A model generated the notes under the pieces. The model did not search any database, was not told where the DNA came from, and saw only the letters and a program-made list of their open reading frames with translations. From the IMG/VR virus record IMGVR_UViG_3300027996_000020: DNA of 64,000 nucleotides; one strand, 5' to 3'. Source of the stretch: an uncultured virus (IMG/VR IMGVR_UViG_3300027996_000020). Its lineage: Duplodnaviria > Heunggongvirae > Uroviricota > Caudoviricetes. The first letter of the stretch is position 1; every line of letters starts with the position of its first letter. Below are positions 10,453 to 18,954 of the stretch, piece after piece. The position numbers and the translations under genes were made by a program.

Positions 10453-10710
10453 TCATTTAGCGACTTGTTTTAAATCGTTTTTATTTATCCATACTATTGT
10501 TTCAATACCTTCTCCAGCAATGAGATATTCAATCATATTTGCTTTAACTAGGACAGCAATTAAATTTTTATTTTCACAATTTATGTCGCTAACTTTTACT
10601 TCTTGATCGGCAGAAAAAAAAGATTTACCAGTTTCACCAAATATGGGTTGTATTGTACCTCCGTTTCCAGCCATGGAGATATAACAAAGAGTTCCTTCTT
10701 TAATTTTCAT
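10453..10710 (-). CDS. hypothetical protein
   Basis: ORF in packed minus-strand run. Confidence 0.55.
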   Translation of the reverse strand: MKIKEGTLCYISMAGNGGTIQPIFGETGKSFFSADQEVKVSDINCENKNLIAVLVKANMIEYLIAGEGIETIVWINKNDLKQVAK

Positions 10711-10716
10711 TTTGCA

Positions 10717-10971
10717 TTACTTTAATTTAACTCCAAAATAACTTTCAACAGCATCTCTTACTACTGAAGAGCACACTCTTTTTAATCCCTTTTTCTTATG
10801 ATATTCTATAACAAAATCGTCTGGAATAACATACATCATTCCATAGGGAGCCTCCATTATACCAGTATCCATCGAACACCTTCCAACTCCAATCTCTCCC
10901 GTATACATAATTTCATCTTCGGTCAAAAATGCCTCTTTTACAACATATAAGAACCAATTAGTAGTGCTCAT
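10717..10971 (-). CDS. hypothetical protein
   Basis: ORF in packed minus-strand run. Confidence 0.55.
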   Translation of the reverse strand: MSTTNWFLYVVKEAFLTEDEIMYTGEIGVGRCSMDTGIMEAPYGMMYVIPDDFVIEYHKKKGLKRVCSSVVRDAVESYFGVKLK

Positions 10972-11139
10972 ACTAATAACTATGCTCTAAATTTGCTATC
11001 TTTCGTTTTTTCCTCACTATAAGATATTTCACTGAAAAGTCCATAATAGATAATATTTATTAAAATAAGCGTCATAAAAAAATACCAAAAAAATACAAAA
11101 GATAATCTTGTAATAATTCTATCTGCTAATCCATATGGC

Positions 11140-11544
11140 TCAAGGTTCATTGATCTTCTGACTTCCGATATTCCACAACATTTCAATACCAACTTGTTCG
11201 CAAACCTCTGTTTCTGGAGTATTATATATTGTCCTGTAACCTCCATTTGCAAAATAAGTTGGCTGATATTCTATCAATGCTGCGCAAACCGTCCCGTCTT
11301 CGTCGTCTACTTCGATTACATCAACAACTCCTTTTATTGCCATAAGAAACTCCTTTCTTTCGCGAAAACTTATGGAATTAAAACCCTTTTTTCTAAAGAG
11401 CCACTTATCTGAATTGACTGCTACAATTACATTGCCGTATTGTGAAGCTTCTCGAATTAGTCGAACGTGCCCAACATGAATAGGATCAAAACCCCCCGAG
11501 ACCATTACTGTACTATATGGGGTTCTCGGGGATTTCTTACTCAT
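11140..11544 (-). CDS. cytidylyltransferase-like (HIGH family) protein
   Basis: VSGGFDPIHVGH, VAVNSD, RKKG, FANGG. Confidence 0.88.
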   Translation of the reverse strand: MSKKSPRTPYSTVMVSGGFDPIHVGHVRLIREASQYGNVIVAVNSDKWLFRKKGFNSISFRERKEFLMAIKGVVDVIEVDDEDGTVCAALIEYQPTYFANGGYRTIYNTPETEVCEQVGIEMLWNIGSQKINEP

Positions 11545-11716
11545 TTATTTTCTCCTCTAAACATTCTCTTACATCTAAAAATTTTTCTAAATCTGGATTT
11601 CCGTGTGCTATGGTCATTATTGCCCAAGATATTACTGAAGCTATTATCGCTCCAAATACTACCCCGAGACCGAAAACCAAATAAGATTTTATTATTTTTT
11701 TAATTAGTCTTATCAT
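11537..11716 (-). CDS. small membrane protein (59 aa, not in ORF track)
   Basis: MIRLIKKIIKSYLVFGLGVVFGAIIASVISWAIMT... one TM helix; fills the gap between tRNA and next gene. Confidence 0.55.
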   Translation of the reverse strand: MIRLIKKIIKSYLVFGLGVVFGAIIASVISWAIMTIAHGNPDLEKFLDVRECLEEKINE

Positions 11717-11720
11717 TAAA

Positions 11721-11795
11721 TGGTACCCTTGGCAGGATTCGAACCTACAGCCGACAACTTAGAAGGTTGTTGCTCTTCCATTGAGCTACAAGGGC
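11721..11795 (-). tRNA. tRNA-Arg(UCU)
   Basis: GCCCTTG TAGCTCAATGGAAGAGC ACAAC CTTCTAA GTTGT...GGTTCGAATCC...CAAGGGT ACCA; encoded CCA. Confidence 0.93.
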
Positions 11796-12260
11796 TCACT
11801 TATCAAGCTCCAAAGTACCCAAGGGGTGTTCCACTTCGATCTTCCAGCCTGTAAGTTCAAAATCAGCCATTTGAAGAATGGCGTCAGAAGTTGTTTCAAT
11901 AGTTGTTGAAACCGTTGTAAATCCCCTCTTATGATCATATACTTCTGTAGCTGATTCAATCCAGTCATAGTCTTGCCAATTTTGTTCAACTACTTCTGAT
12001 ACAAAGTCTTCAAAATGGAATGATCCTCTTTCATATGAATCTAAAAGGCCCTGTTCTCTCATTTCTGCCAAGATTTGATTGTTTCCTAACAGTGGATTTA
12101 ATACGAGATCGGTCAGATGACCAGTGATATATGTAGAGTTAATAACACCCTCAACATAATTATCGTTAGCGTGGACCACATCCGACCCATCTTCATATTT
12201 AAGGCGAACTGTAGTTCCTGGATTTAGATTTGCTTCTTTTAATTTTTGGATTCTTGACAT
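11796..12260 (-). CDS. hypothetical protein
   Basis: ORF with AGGA SD; its stop abuts the tRNA-Arg 5' end. Confidence 0.7.
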   Translation of the reverse strand: MSRIQKLKEANLNPGTTVRLKYEDGSDVVHANDNYVEGVINSTYITGHLTDLVLNPLLGNNQILAEMREQGLLDSYERGSFHFEDFVSEVVEQNWQDYDWIESATEVYDHKRGFTTVSTTIETTSDAILQMADFELTGWKIEVEHPLGTLELDK

Positions 12261-12465
12261 CTTTATTCCTTGTTTTTTGATTTGTTTCCACACCTTCTTT
12301 CATCAAGCGAGTGCGCTCTTTTATAGCACCGGTATCAATGCCCAATCTTTCATCGAGAAGTTCTAACTGCCCCTCTGATGATCGTTTATTCCTCTTTTCT
12401 TGGCGTTTTAGCGCCTCTTCTTGGCGCAAGTCGCGAGGATATTTGCGACCATTTGGACGTTTCAT
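12199..12465 (-). CDS. small basic hypothetical protein
   Basis: AGGAG SD before MKRPNGRK; the longer ORF-track start runs into the tRNA. Confidence 0.65.
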   Translation of the reverse strand: MKRPNGRKYPRDLRQEEALKRQEKRNKRSSEGQLELLDERLGIDTGAIKERTRLMKEGVETNQKTRNKDVKNPKIKRSKSKSRNYSSP

Positions 12466-12480
12466 TTTTCTCTCCTTTAG

Positions 12481-12557
12481 TGGTGGACCTTGTTGGACTT
12501 GAACCAACGACAATCCGGGTATGAGCCGGGTGCTCTGACCAACTGAGCTAAAAGTCC
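12481..12557 (-). tRNA. tRNA-Ile2(CAU) (CAU anticodon; Ile2 favoured over Met)
   Basis: GGACTTT TAGCTCAGTTGGTCAGAGC...CTCATAC...GGTTCAAGTCC...AAGGTCC ACCA; acceptor stem resembles bacterial Ile2 tRNAs and has no C1:A72 initiator mismatch. Confidence 0.85.
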
Positions 12558-12565
12558 ATACTTAT

Positions 12566-12594
12566 AATATATCATTATTTCATTCGGTTGTCAA
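12566..12594 (-). promoter_or_regulatory. sigma70-type promoter of the tRNA operon
   Basis: TTGACA-N17-TATATT 8 bp upstream of the tRNA. Confidence 0.7.
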
Positions 12595-13029
12595 GGACTT
12601 TTTATAATAAGTTCCAAAAAGTTTATCAATAAACGGCATTGTACCCGAAAAATTATGTCTTGCTGATTTTCTATGGTGGACAAAGTGGTGATAAGAGCAG
12701 GGATTATCTTGATTATCATTGTGCATCCTATGATGTAACCAACCATAATAAAAAACATAACTGATATATCCGAAAGAAAATGGCAGAGAAATAAATGAAG
12801 CCAGAACAAAAACTAGAGTAAACAAAAATTTCGCCCAAATAGGCAGTTTTAAATGATTATTTCTTTTATCATTATAGTCATTTCTGTGGTGTATTAGATG
12901 GAGTCTCTTTATATGGTGTAGTAGTGGCCATTTGCCCAGAGGGCCATGGCCAACGAATCGATGATTTAAGTAAAACATAAACGATGTAAAAAAAAACCCA
13001 GCAACTCCCAAACTAACCTCAAATATCAT
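12580..13029 (-). CDS. fatty acid hydroxylase/sterol desaturase superfamily protein
   Basis: His boxes HRFVGH, HLIHH, HHRMH, HFVHH, then NFS...DKLFGTY; TM segments. Confidence 0.85.
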   Translation of the reverse strand: MIFEVSLGVAGFFFTSFMFYLNHRFVGHGPLGKWPLLHHIKRLHLIHHRNDYNDKRNNHLKLPIWAKFLFTLVFVLASFISLPFSFGYISYVFYYGWLHHRMHNDNQDNPCSYHHFVHHRKSARHNFSGTMPFIDKLFGTYYKKSLTTE

Positions 13030-13049
13030 CGAAATTCCAATCTCCTATA

Positions 13050-13340
13050 TTAATTATATACTTTTTTCCTAATCTTTATCTTTTTTTTGATTTTTACTTC
13101 ATTATCTCTCGAATAAACAACAATCGTTCTCATATTATTATATTGTGGCGGGAGATCTTCTCGGAGCATGGAAGCATTATCTGGTCCTTTTACAAAGAAT
13201 TCCATATGTTTGCCGCCGTCATCGGTGGCAATTTTTATTCTCAAATCAGCGTCTTTTGGTAATCGTGTTTCATATTCTGAATATGCTAATTCTATTATTT
13301 CCTCTGGCGTAACAAATTCTATTATATCTTTGTGCAACAT
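13050..13340 (-). CDS. hypothetical protein
   Basis: GAGG SD and ACTATTTA motif upstream. Confidence 0.65.
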   Translation of the reverse strand: MLHKDIIEFVTPEEIIELAYSEYETRLPKDADLRIKIATDDGGKHMEFFVKGPDNASMLREDLPPQYNNMRTIVVYSRDNEVKIKKKIKIRKKVYN

Positions 13341-13383
13341 ATTAACCTCTTTTAGTTTCTAATACTAAATAGTTCAAAAATAT

Positions 13384-13539
13384 GAAAGATTAGAAGGAGT
13401 TGGTTTGCTCACATGGCCAACTTGTTATTCTCTCGTTAATTCTAGAAATTATAGGTCTTTTTCCCCTTTTTTTCTTGTCTTGGGTTCGTAAGAGACATTG
13501 AACCCATCCATACATAGCTTAAAATCCTTCCTCACTTTC
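13384..13539 (-). ncRNA. candidate structured ncRNA
   Basis: ORF-free gap; closing stem GAAAG..GAAGGA/TCCTTC..CTTTC, hairpins GGGTTC/GAACCC and GTTGG/CCAAC, two possible pseudoknots. Confidence 0.4.
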
Positions 13540-13573
13540 GACTAAATCACTTATCGTTATTTATAGAATAACA

Positions 13574-13942
13574 TTATTTCTCCTCTTTGTCAAGAAAATA
13601 ATCATCAAGTCCGTATTTTTTTCTTAATAGATGGAAAGAATTTTCTTTTAAACCTAAAAAACGCATTGCTTCTGCCTGTGTTCTTGTGGCAGAAAATGCG
13701 TATTTAAAAACAGCATCTTGAACGATACTGTGTAATGAATGCCAGATAGGAAATCCGTACATTCTATTGGCAATTGGTTTGGTAGCTAATTCAAGCTTCA
13801 ATGCTATAACTTCTTCTAATGTTAGAGTGTTTAGCATGATTTCAAACTCCTCGTTAGAACGCCGTTCTTTTCGGAGCTTCTTACTCATACTATAATTCTT
13901 ATTCTTACCGTTGTAATTCTTCTTGCGTTTCCAAGATCTCAT
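13574..13942 (-). CDS. Fis-type HTH DNA-binding protein
   Basis: C-terminal TQAEAMRFLGLKENSFHLLRKKYGL resembles the Fis HTH_8 pattern. Confidence 0.6.
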   Translation of the reverse strand: MRSWKRKKNYNGKNKNYSMSKKLRKERRSNEEFEIMLNTLTLEEVIALKLELATKPIANRMYGFPIWHSLHSIVQDAVFKYAFSATRTQAEAMRFLGLKENSFHLLRKKYGLDDYFLDKEEK

Positions 13943-14073
13943 TAGTATGCTTAGTGTGTTTAGAGTGATTAATAATTAGTATGTTTAGAGTGATTAGTAT
14001 GTTTAGAGTGATTAGTATGTTTAGAGTGTTTAGAGTGATTAGAGTGATTAGAGTGTTAAGCTTGATTAGTATT
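13941..14073. repeat. tandem array of about 14 degenerate 9-bp units (TTAGAGTG[A/T] / TTAGTATG[T/C])
   Basis: directly visible: gtttagagtgattagtat repeated. Confidence 0.9.
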
Positions 14074-14076
14074 AAT

Positions 14077-14105
14077 AATATAACAGCATTTTAGGATCTT
14101 GTCAA
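14077..14105 (-). promoter_or_regulatory. sigma70-type promoter
   Basis: TTGACA-N17-TATATT just upstream of the tandem array. Confidence 0.65.
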
Positions 14106-14123
14106 GGAAAAAGTTGTAATTTT

Positions 14124-14993
14124 TTATAATCCTAATCCCAAATCTTCCTCACCTTCAAATTCTGAATCATTTTCAAAGTCAACATCAATTTCTGGTTCTT
14201 CAGTAAAAAATTCATCTTCATATCTTTCAGCCCATAATATCAAGTTTTTCTGAAAATAAATTCTGAACAATTCTCTTTCACTTAATTGTCCGGGCTGATA
14301 TTCTTTTCCATCAATTTCTACACCCTTTTTAAGAGGGCTATCTTTTTGAACTTGACTATAATATCTTCTCAGTGATGGCCCTACTCTTTTATAAGCTTCT
14401 CTACTATATTTTTTAATTCCAGAATCTGCATCTTCTTCCTCTTCCTCAAATTCTCCATCTTCACCTAATGTAAAAATTTCCTCTTCCTCTTCTTCTTCTG
14501 GATCCGCAGTTAAATCACCTCCCCTTCCTTCTAGGTCTCCAACCGATACGGTGATAACTTCATCTTCTTCTGGAGTCAATTCTTCCATTTCTTCTTCATC
14601 ATCAACAAAACCTTTCTCAACAAACTCTTGTCCGAGTGGTTTTGGCTCTCTATCAGCATCAATTGTTTTAAAATCTTCATCTGCAAAACCTAAAATATAT
14701 TCAGTAAATAATTCTCGATCGTGGATTCCGGAAGTTAAATCTGTGAAAGCATCCTTAAACGCTGGATTGCTATCTGGTTTTGACGGATCCCCGACAACTT
14801 CTTTTATAAAGTGAGCCAATAAATTAAGTGCAGTATACTCGTATTTGACGATTGTAGCCTCTTTTAAGAGGTAACGAACAATAGTTCGAACGTAACCCTC
14901 TTTTTGATTCTGCCTTTCTTTTACAATGCGAATGGCCTTGCGAATATTTTCTCTTAACAACTGCTCTTTAATTAAATCTTTTCTATCAATCAT
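14124..14993 (-). CDS. acidic hypothetical protein (possible head/internal protein)
   Basis: E/D-rich; N-terminal LIKE..LRE..LLKE; ACTAATTA upstream. Confidence 0.7.
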   Translation of the reverse strand: MIDRKDLIKEQLLRENIRKAIRIVKERQNQKEGYVRTIVRYLLKEATIVKYEYTALNLLAHFIKEVVGDPSKPDSNPAFKDAFTDLTSGIHDRELFTEYILGFADEDFKTIDADREPKPLGQEFVEKGFVDDEEEMEELTPEEDEVITVSVGDLEGRGGDLTADPEEEEEEEIFTLGEDGEFEEEEEDADSGIKKYSREAYKRVGPSLRRYYSQVQKDSPLKKGVEIDGKEYQPGQLSERELFRIYFQKNLILWAERYEDEFFTEEPEIDVDFENDSEFEGEEDLGLGL

Positions 14994-15021
14994 TCGAAAA
15001 AGTCTCCAGCTTATATTATAA

Positions 15022-17460
15022 TTAGTTTCCTTTTGATCTACGAGTATAAATTTTTATACCTTTCACCTTTGGCCTCGGACTATTAAAGCGTTTTGGTTTC
15101 TGACCTAAAGGAAGACTATACCCTCCTGCTGCCCCTGCACCAGAAATTTCTTCAATAGGGTCAAATGGATCTTCATCGGAATTAAAAGACGCTCTAGATC
15201 GTGGTCGTGGTTTGGGGGGACAATTACATTGTTTACAACATTGTTTACAGTCGGCTTTCGGTGGACCTGGAGTATTAGAAAATCCGCCTCCTCCACCACC
15301 GATTTTTAATTCTTCAAGTTCTTCTTCTTTTATCTCGGAAGAACACATTTCTTCCGCCTGGGCTTTAGTCAATTCATCCGGATCATCAATTTGAGAACAA
15401 GCCCACCCTTTCTGTTTTTCAGAATAAACTTCTTCGATAATTTCGAAAATCATTTCAGAAATTCCTGTTGGTGTGGAAATAATATTTTTCACACTTTCCA
15501 AATCTACATTCTCAGGAATATGAAGGCTTAAAATTTCATCGTCACCCTCTCTGGCGGCTTTTCTCATTTTGGACGCACTCAACTCGATTCCCTCAGAGGA
15601 TTCGACAGGACACGGAGACAAAGTTCCCACACTTACATTAAGTAAGTTTTGATCTGGATTATTTTCGAACCACTTAGCAAAATTAGTTGCCCTTTTTTCG
15701 TCATTTCCCTTATCACTGCACCCCAAAGCAAAAGTTACATCATCGGAAAATTGATTAACAAATTCTTCTTCTCCGAGTTTTTCAAACGCTGCCCGGAAAG
15801 GTAAATTGTGATCCACAAATTGAACCTTGTCGCTCAATCCACCATAAAGATCGAAAAGCTGTTGGGACATTTCTTTGGTGATTCCCTCTCTTGGTTTATC
15901 TCCAGATAAAATAACAACGGATTCAACATTGGGCATTTCTGCATAATTTTCTATCATGGCGTAATGACCTTTATGCGGAGGTTTAAATCCACCAGGAATT
16001 AAAACAACATATTTTTCTTCTTGTTCTTTTAACAAAATATTTACAACTTCATTTATAAATTCTTCTTCTTCACTAAGTTTCGTTCTTCCCTTGCTGGCAA
16101 GCCCGCTAGCGCGCGGAACTTGGAGTGCTTTGGGAATTCTCACTCCCTTTCGTCCGTATTTAAAAAGACCAAGAAGCTGATTCATAGGAGCAAAATTTCC
16201 TGTAAATTTATATGTATGGCCATCATAATCAAAAACAAAACCTTCGGCAGCAGTAGAAATATTTTCAATACTTTTAAGTTTTTCCATTTGTTTTTGGAGA
16301 ATGACCATTGCCGCATCGGATCCTGCGCCCTTATATTTTTCTATGGACAGAATTGCCAATTCCACTTCTTTTCGTTGCCTTTCTAATTCTTTTTCATTAT
16401 CCAAAATAAAGATACTCTTTAAACTTTTAAGCATTTCTACAGAAAAATCATGAATAATCATCTCAATTGGTGCGATGGCAGTTTTTAAAATTTTGGGAGC
16501 ATCATCAATAATCTTTCCGACTCCCTTTTTTTGATTGTCGGGAACATCTCTTAAAATATTAGGCTTATTCCATTCTTTATCCAGCTTGCGGCCAAATCCA
16601 TAGGCGTATCTATAATTTTGATCAGATAGTAGGATTTTTTGTAAAAGCTTTCTTTCTAATTCTCCACTCAAACCCAAATCTTCTTCTGTAAAATAATTAG
16701 AAATTTTAGCCATAACGTATTCTAATACAGTCTGATTATCGCTTATACCTTCCGAACTGATTTCATTTTCTAATTCAGATAGTGCCGTCTCTAGTGCAAC
16801 TTGGTCTTCGAGGCCCTGCAATGTCATTATGGCATCCATTTCGACACCATAATCTCTATTTTCGATTTCTTCTTGTTTCGCCTTAAGAAGTTGATCTAAT
16901 AACTCGGCATTTCGACTAACATCTCTGTCTACCTCAATAACATGACCAGGATAGTTTGGATCTTCGATTTCGACCCTTATAGGATCTCCTGTTTCTTTAC
17001 TAAATTCGGCGCCCCCTCGATGAATTGCCAAAGTTTTGGTATTATAATTGATAAGATTAGCGGTACGAGGATCAATGATTTCCGCACTGAAATATACATT
17101 TGTGTCAGGTCCGAAAATTTCAACTTGTTCTTCTTCGGACATTTCTTTTACAACTTCTTCGAATGCGGATAAGGCATCAGAAAATGTTTTTTCCAACGCT
17201 CCGCGTCCCTCGAATTTCTTTGCTAACTCTTTGGCATCGAGCCCACCGGCTTTAATATTTGATTTATTTCTGGCACCCTTAGCCTTTTGTTCGGGCACGG
17301 AAAACGAAATGAACAAATTCTGCCCATCAGTCTTTTCAGTACCTTCAAGTCGTCCTTCGGCGGCCGATTGTAAAATTTCTTTAATGTCAGCAAAAGTTAG
17401 GCGTGGATTATCATATAAATGACTCATATGACCGCCGACACCACCCTCAGTTAAAAACAT
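15022..17460 (-). CDS. fusion of an RNA-ligase-like nucleotidyltransferase domain and a HIGH-family cytidylyltransferase-like domain
   Basis: TEKTDGQN (KxDG), AEGFVF, YKFTG; PGGFKPPHKGH...SASKMR. Confidence 0.65.
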   Translation of the reverse strand: MFLTEGGVGGHMSHLYDNPRLTFADIKEILQSAAEGRLEGTEKTDGQNLFISFSVPEQKAKGARNKSNIKAGGLDAKELAKKFEGRGALEKTFSDALSAFEEVVKEMSEEEQVEIFGPDTNVYFSAEIIDPRTANLINYNTKTLAIHRGGAEFSKETGDPIRVEIEDPNYPGHVIEVDRDVSRNAELLDQLLKAKQEEIENRDYGVEMDAIMTLQGLEDQVALETALSELENEISSEGISDNQTVLEYVMAKISNYFTEEDLGLSGELERKLLQKILLSDQNYRYAYGFGRKLDKEWNKPNILRDVPDNQKKGVGKIIDDAPKILKTAIAPIEMIIHDFSVEMLKSLKSIFILDNEKELERQRKEVELAILSIEKYKGAGSDAAMVILQKQMEKLKSIENISTAAEGFVFDYDGHTYKFTGNFAPMNQLLGLFKYGRKGVRIPKALQVPRASGLASKGRTKLSEEEEFINEVVNILLKEQEEKYVVLIPGGFKPPHKGHYAMIENYAEMPNVESVVILSGDKPREGITKEMSQQLFDLYGGLSDKVQFVDHNLPFRAAFEKLGEEEFVNQFSDDVTFALGCSDKGNDEKRATNFAKWFENNPDQNLLNVSVGTLSPCPVESSEGIELSASKMRKAAREGDDEILSLHIPENVDLESVKNIISTPTGISEMIFEIIEEVYSEKQKGWACSQIDDPDELTKAQAEEMCSSEIKEEELEELKIGGGGGGFSNTPGPPKADCKQCCKQCNCPPKPRPRSRASFNSDEDPFDPIEEISGAGAAGGYSLPLGQKPKRFNSPRPKVKGIKIYTRRSKGN

Positions 17461-17714
17461 TATTCGTCCCCTTGACCTTCTTCTAAAACTTGTAGTTTCT
17501 CTTCAAGAATTCTGTGCTCTTCTTGAAGCTTCCTATATCCTCTTCTAATGTGCGTTAGGTTTTCTAGGGCCAGTTCAACTCTCTGTTGCTCTTTTATCGT
17601 CCGAGGTTTGAGGCTTTGTAGTGCTTCTTTAATAGAGGATAGGCGAGAATTAATAGAAACTCCCCCTTTCCACTCTCCTAATAAAAAACTTCTTGTTAAT
17701 TTATCAAAATCCAT
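17460..17714 (-). CDS. hypothetical coiled-coil protein
   Basis: ORF with 1-bp overlap to the next gene. Confidence 0.65.
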   Translation of the reverse strand: MDFDKLTRSFLLGEWKGGVSINSRLSSIKEALQSLKPRTIKEQQRVELALENLTHIRRGYRKLQEEHRILEEKLQVLEEGQGDE

Positions 17715-17720
17715 AATTTA

Positions 17721-17972
17721 TTATTCCTCTTTATTCTTTCTAAACCGGCCCTTGCTCTTTACCGCGCTCTTTTTGGTATCTATAGATTTAGTTTTAGAAA
17801 CTTTCGCTTTCTTAGGCATTGCAGTCGCTCTAGGTTGTTCTGATTTTTTAGTTATAGGTTTGGGTTTCTCGACCACCTTAGCCTCTGCCACTTTTTCTGC
17901 CTCCGCCTTCGCCGCAGCCTCTGCAAGTGCTTTAAAATGTGCACGCGCTACCCTTCTTCTTTGTTTTCCCAT
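17721..17972 (-). CDS. Lys/Ala-rich basic protein
   Basis: AGGAG SD, ACTATTTA upstream; histone-H1-like composition. Confidence 0.6.
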   Translation of the reverse strand: MGKQRRRVARAHFKALAEAAAKAEAEKVAEAKVVEKPKPITKKSEQPRATAMPKKAKVSKTKSIDTKKSAVKSKGRFRKNKEE

Positions 17973-18018
17973 GATAAGACTCCTTTAAAATAATATTACA
18001 TAATAAATAGTTTAAAAA

Positions 18019-18954
18019 TTAACTTGAACCAGTAAATTCCTGATTGGTTCTAAGTCTTAAGGTTTGTTTACTTTTTGTACCAAATATAAAAGGAATTTGT
18101 TCTATTGTTCTAGCTCTCTGGACAGAAAGTAAATCAATTTTATTGGTATTGAAAACATATCCAGAAGAGGCGCCATCGGCTTCAACTAACATTATACTTG
18201 GATTTGAAGAGGTAAGAATAGGACCTGGAGGAGCAGGAGGACCGGATTCAACACCAGTCGCAGTATCAAAGGCAAAACTACCACCACCACTCCCAGTATC
18301 GCTATAAAAGGTGCCTTTAACAATATATGATCCAGTAATATCTGGAAGATAGCAAGCTATAGAGCCAGTTGGAACTTCACTATATGCGCCACCAGAGCCA
18401 GAGAAACCTGTTCTACTACCAGATGTAATTAATGATCCACTAGGTATACTTGTCCATTCCCAAGAATATAATATTGAACCGGTAGTAGTATAACTCGCTG
18501 TTGCATAAAAACAAGAACTAGTACCGGCAGTGCCAGTTATATCTGGAATACTTAATGAGGGTTTATCAAGAGGTTCAGCAGAAAGTTCCCAAACAACCCC
18601 TTCATTTCGAGTTTCGCCGGCTGTCTCTGTAGATAATTCCCAAACAACCCCTTCATTTCGAGTTTCGCCGGCTGTCTCTGTAGATAATTCCCAAACGTCT
18701 CCCTCAATATATGCGACTGAAGGTGGAATATCGTGAACTACGGTTCCGAAGGTTTTCCTAAGTTCTATGGGCGTCGTGCCCTCTGGAACATCGTGGACGA
18801 CTGTCCCGAAGGCCTTCCTAAGCTCAATCGGTGTTGTACCCTCTGGAACATCGTGGACGACTGTTCCGAAGGTTTTCCTAAGCTCTATGGGTGTGGTGCC
18901 CTCTGGAACATCGTGGACGACTGTTCCGAAAATATTTCGGAGATTAGTCGTCAT
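18019..18954 (-). CDS. repeat-containing putative virion structural protein
   Basis: about 4 x 20-aa and 2.5 x 17-aa repeats; many S/T-G-S; PKD-like YSWEWTSIPSGS segment. Confidence 0.65.
   Translation of the reverse strand: MTTNLRNIFGTVVHDVPEGTTPIELRKTFGTVVHDVPEGTTPIELRKAFGTVVHDVPEGTTPIELRKTFGTVVHDIPPSVAYIEGDVWELSTETAGETRNEGVVWELSTETAGETRNEGVVWELSAEPLDKPSLSIPDITGTAGTSSCFYATASYTTTGSILYSWEWTSIPSGSLITSGSRTGFSGSGGAYSEVPTGSIACYLPDITGSYIVKGTFYSDTGSGGGSFAFDTATGVESGPPAPPGPILTSSNPSIMLVEADGASSGYVFNTNKIDLLSVQRARTIEQIPFIFGTKSKQTLRLRTNQEFTGSS
18586..18695. repeat. 51-bp coding tandem repeat (VWELSTETAGETRNEGV)
   Basis: two identical copies plus a partial third. Confidence 0.9.
18732..18942. repeat. 60-bp coding tandem repeat (LRKTFGTVVHDVPEGTTPIE)
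   Basis: about 3.5 copies, differences mostly synonymous. Confidence 0.9.

Noticed and set aside
13384..13555. RNase P RNA (GAGGAAGG resembles GAGGAAAGUCC)
   Set aside because: No P4 partner or 3' conserved region, and too short.
13941..14073. CRISPR array
   Set aside because: Contiguous 9-bp units with no unique spacers; the Cas4-like gene is a solo phage nuclease with no cas operon.
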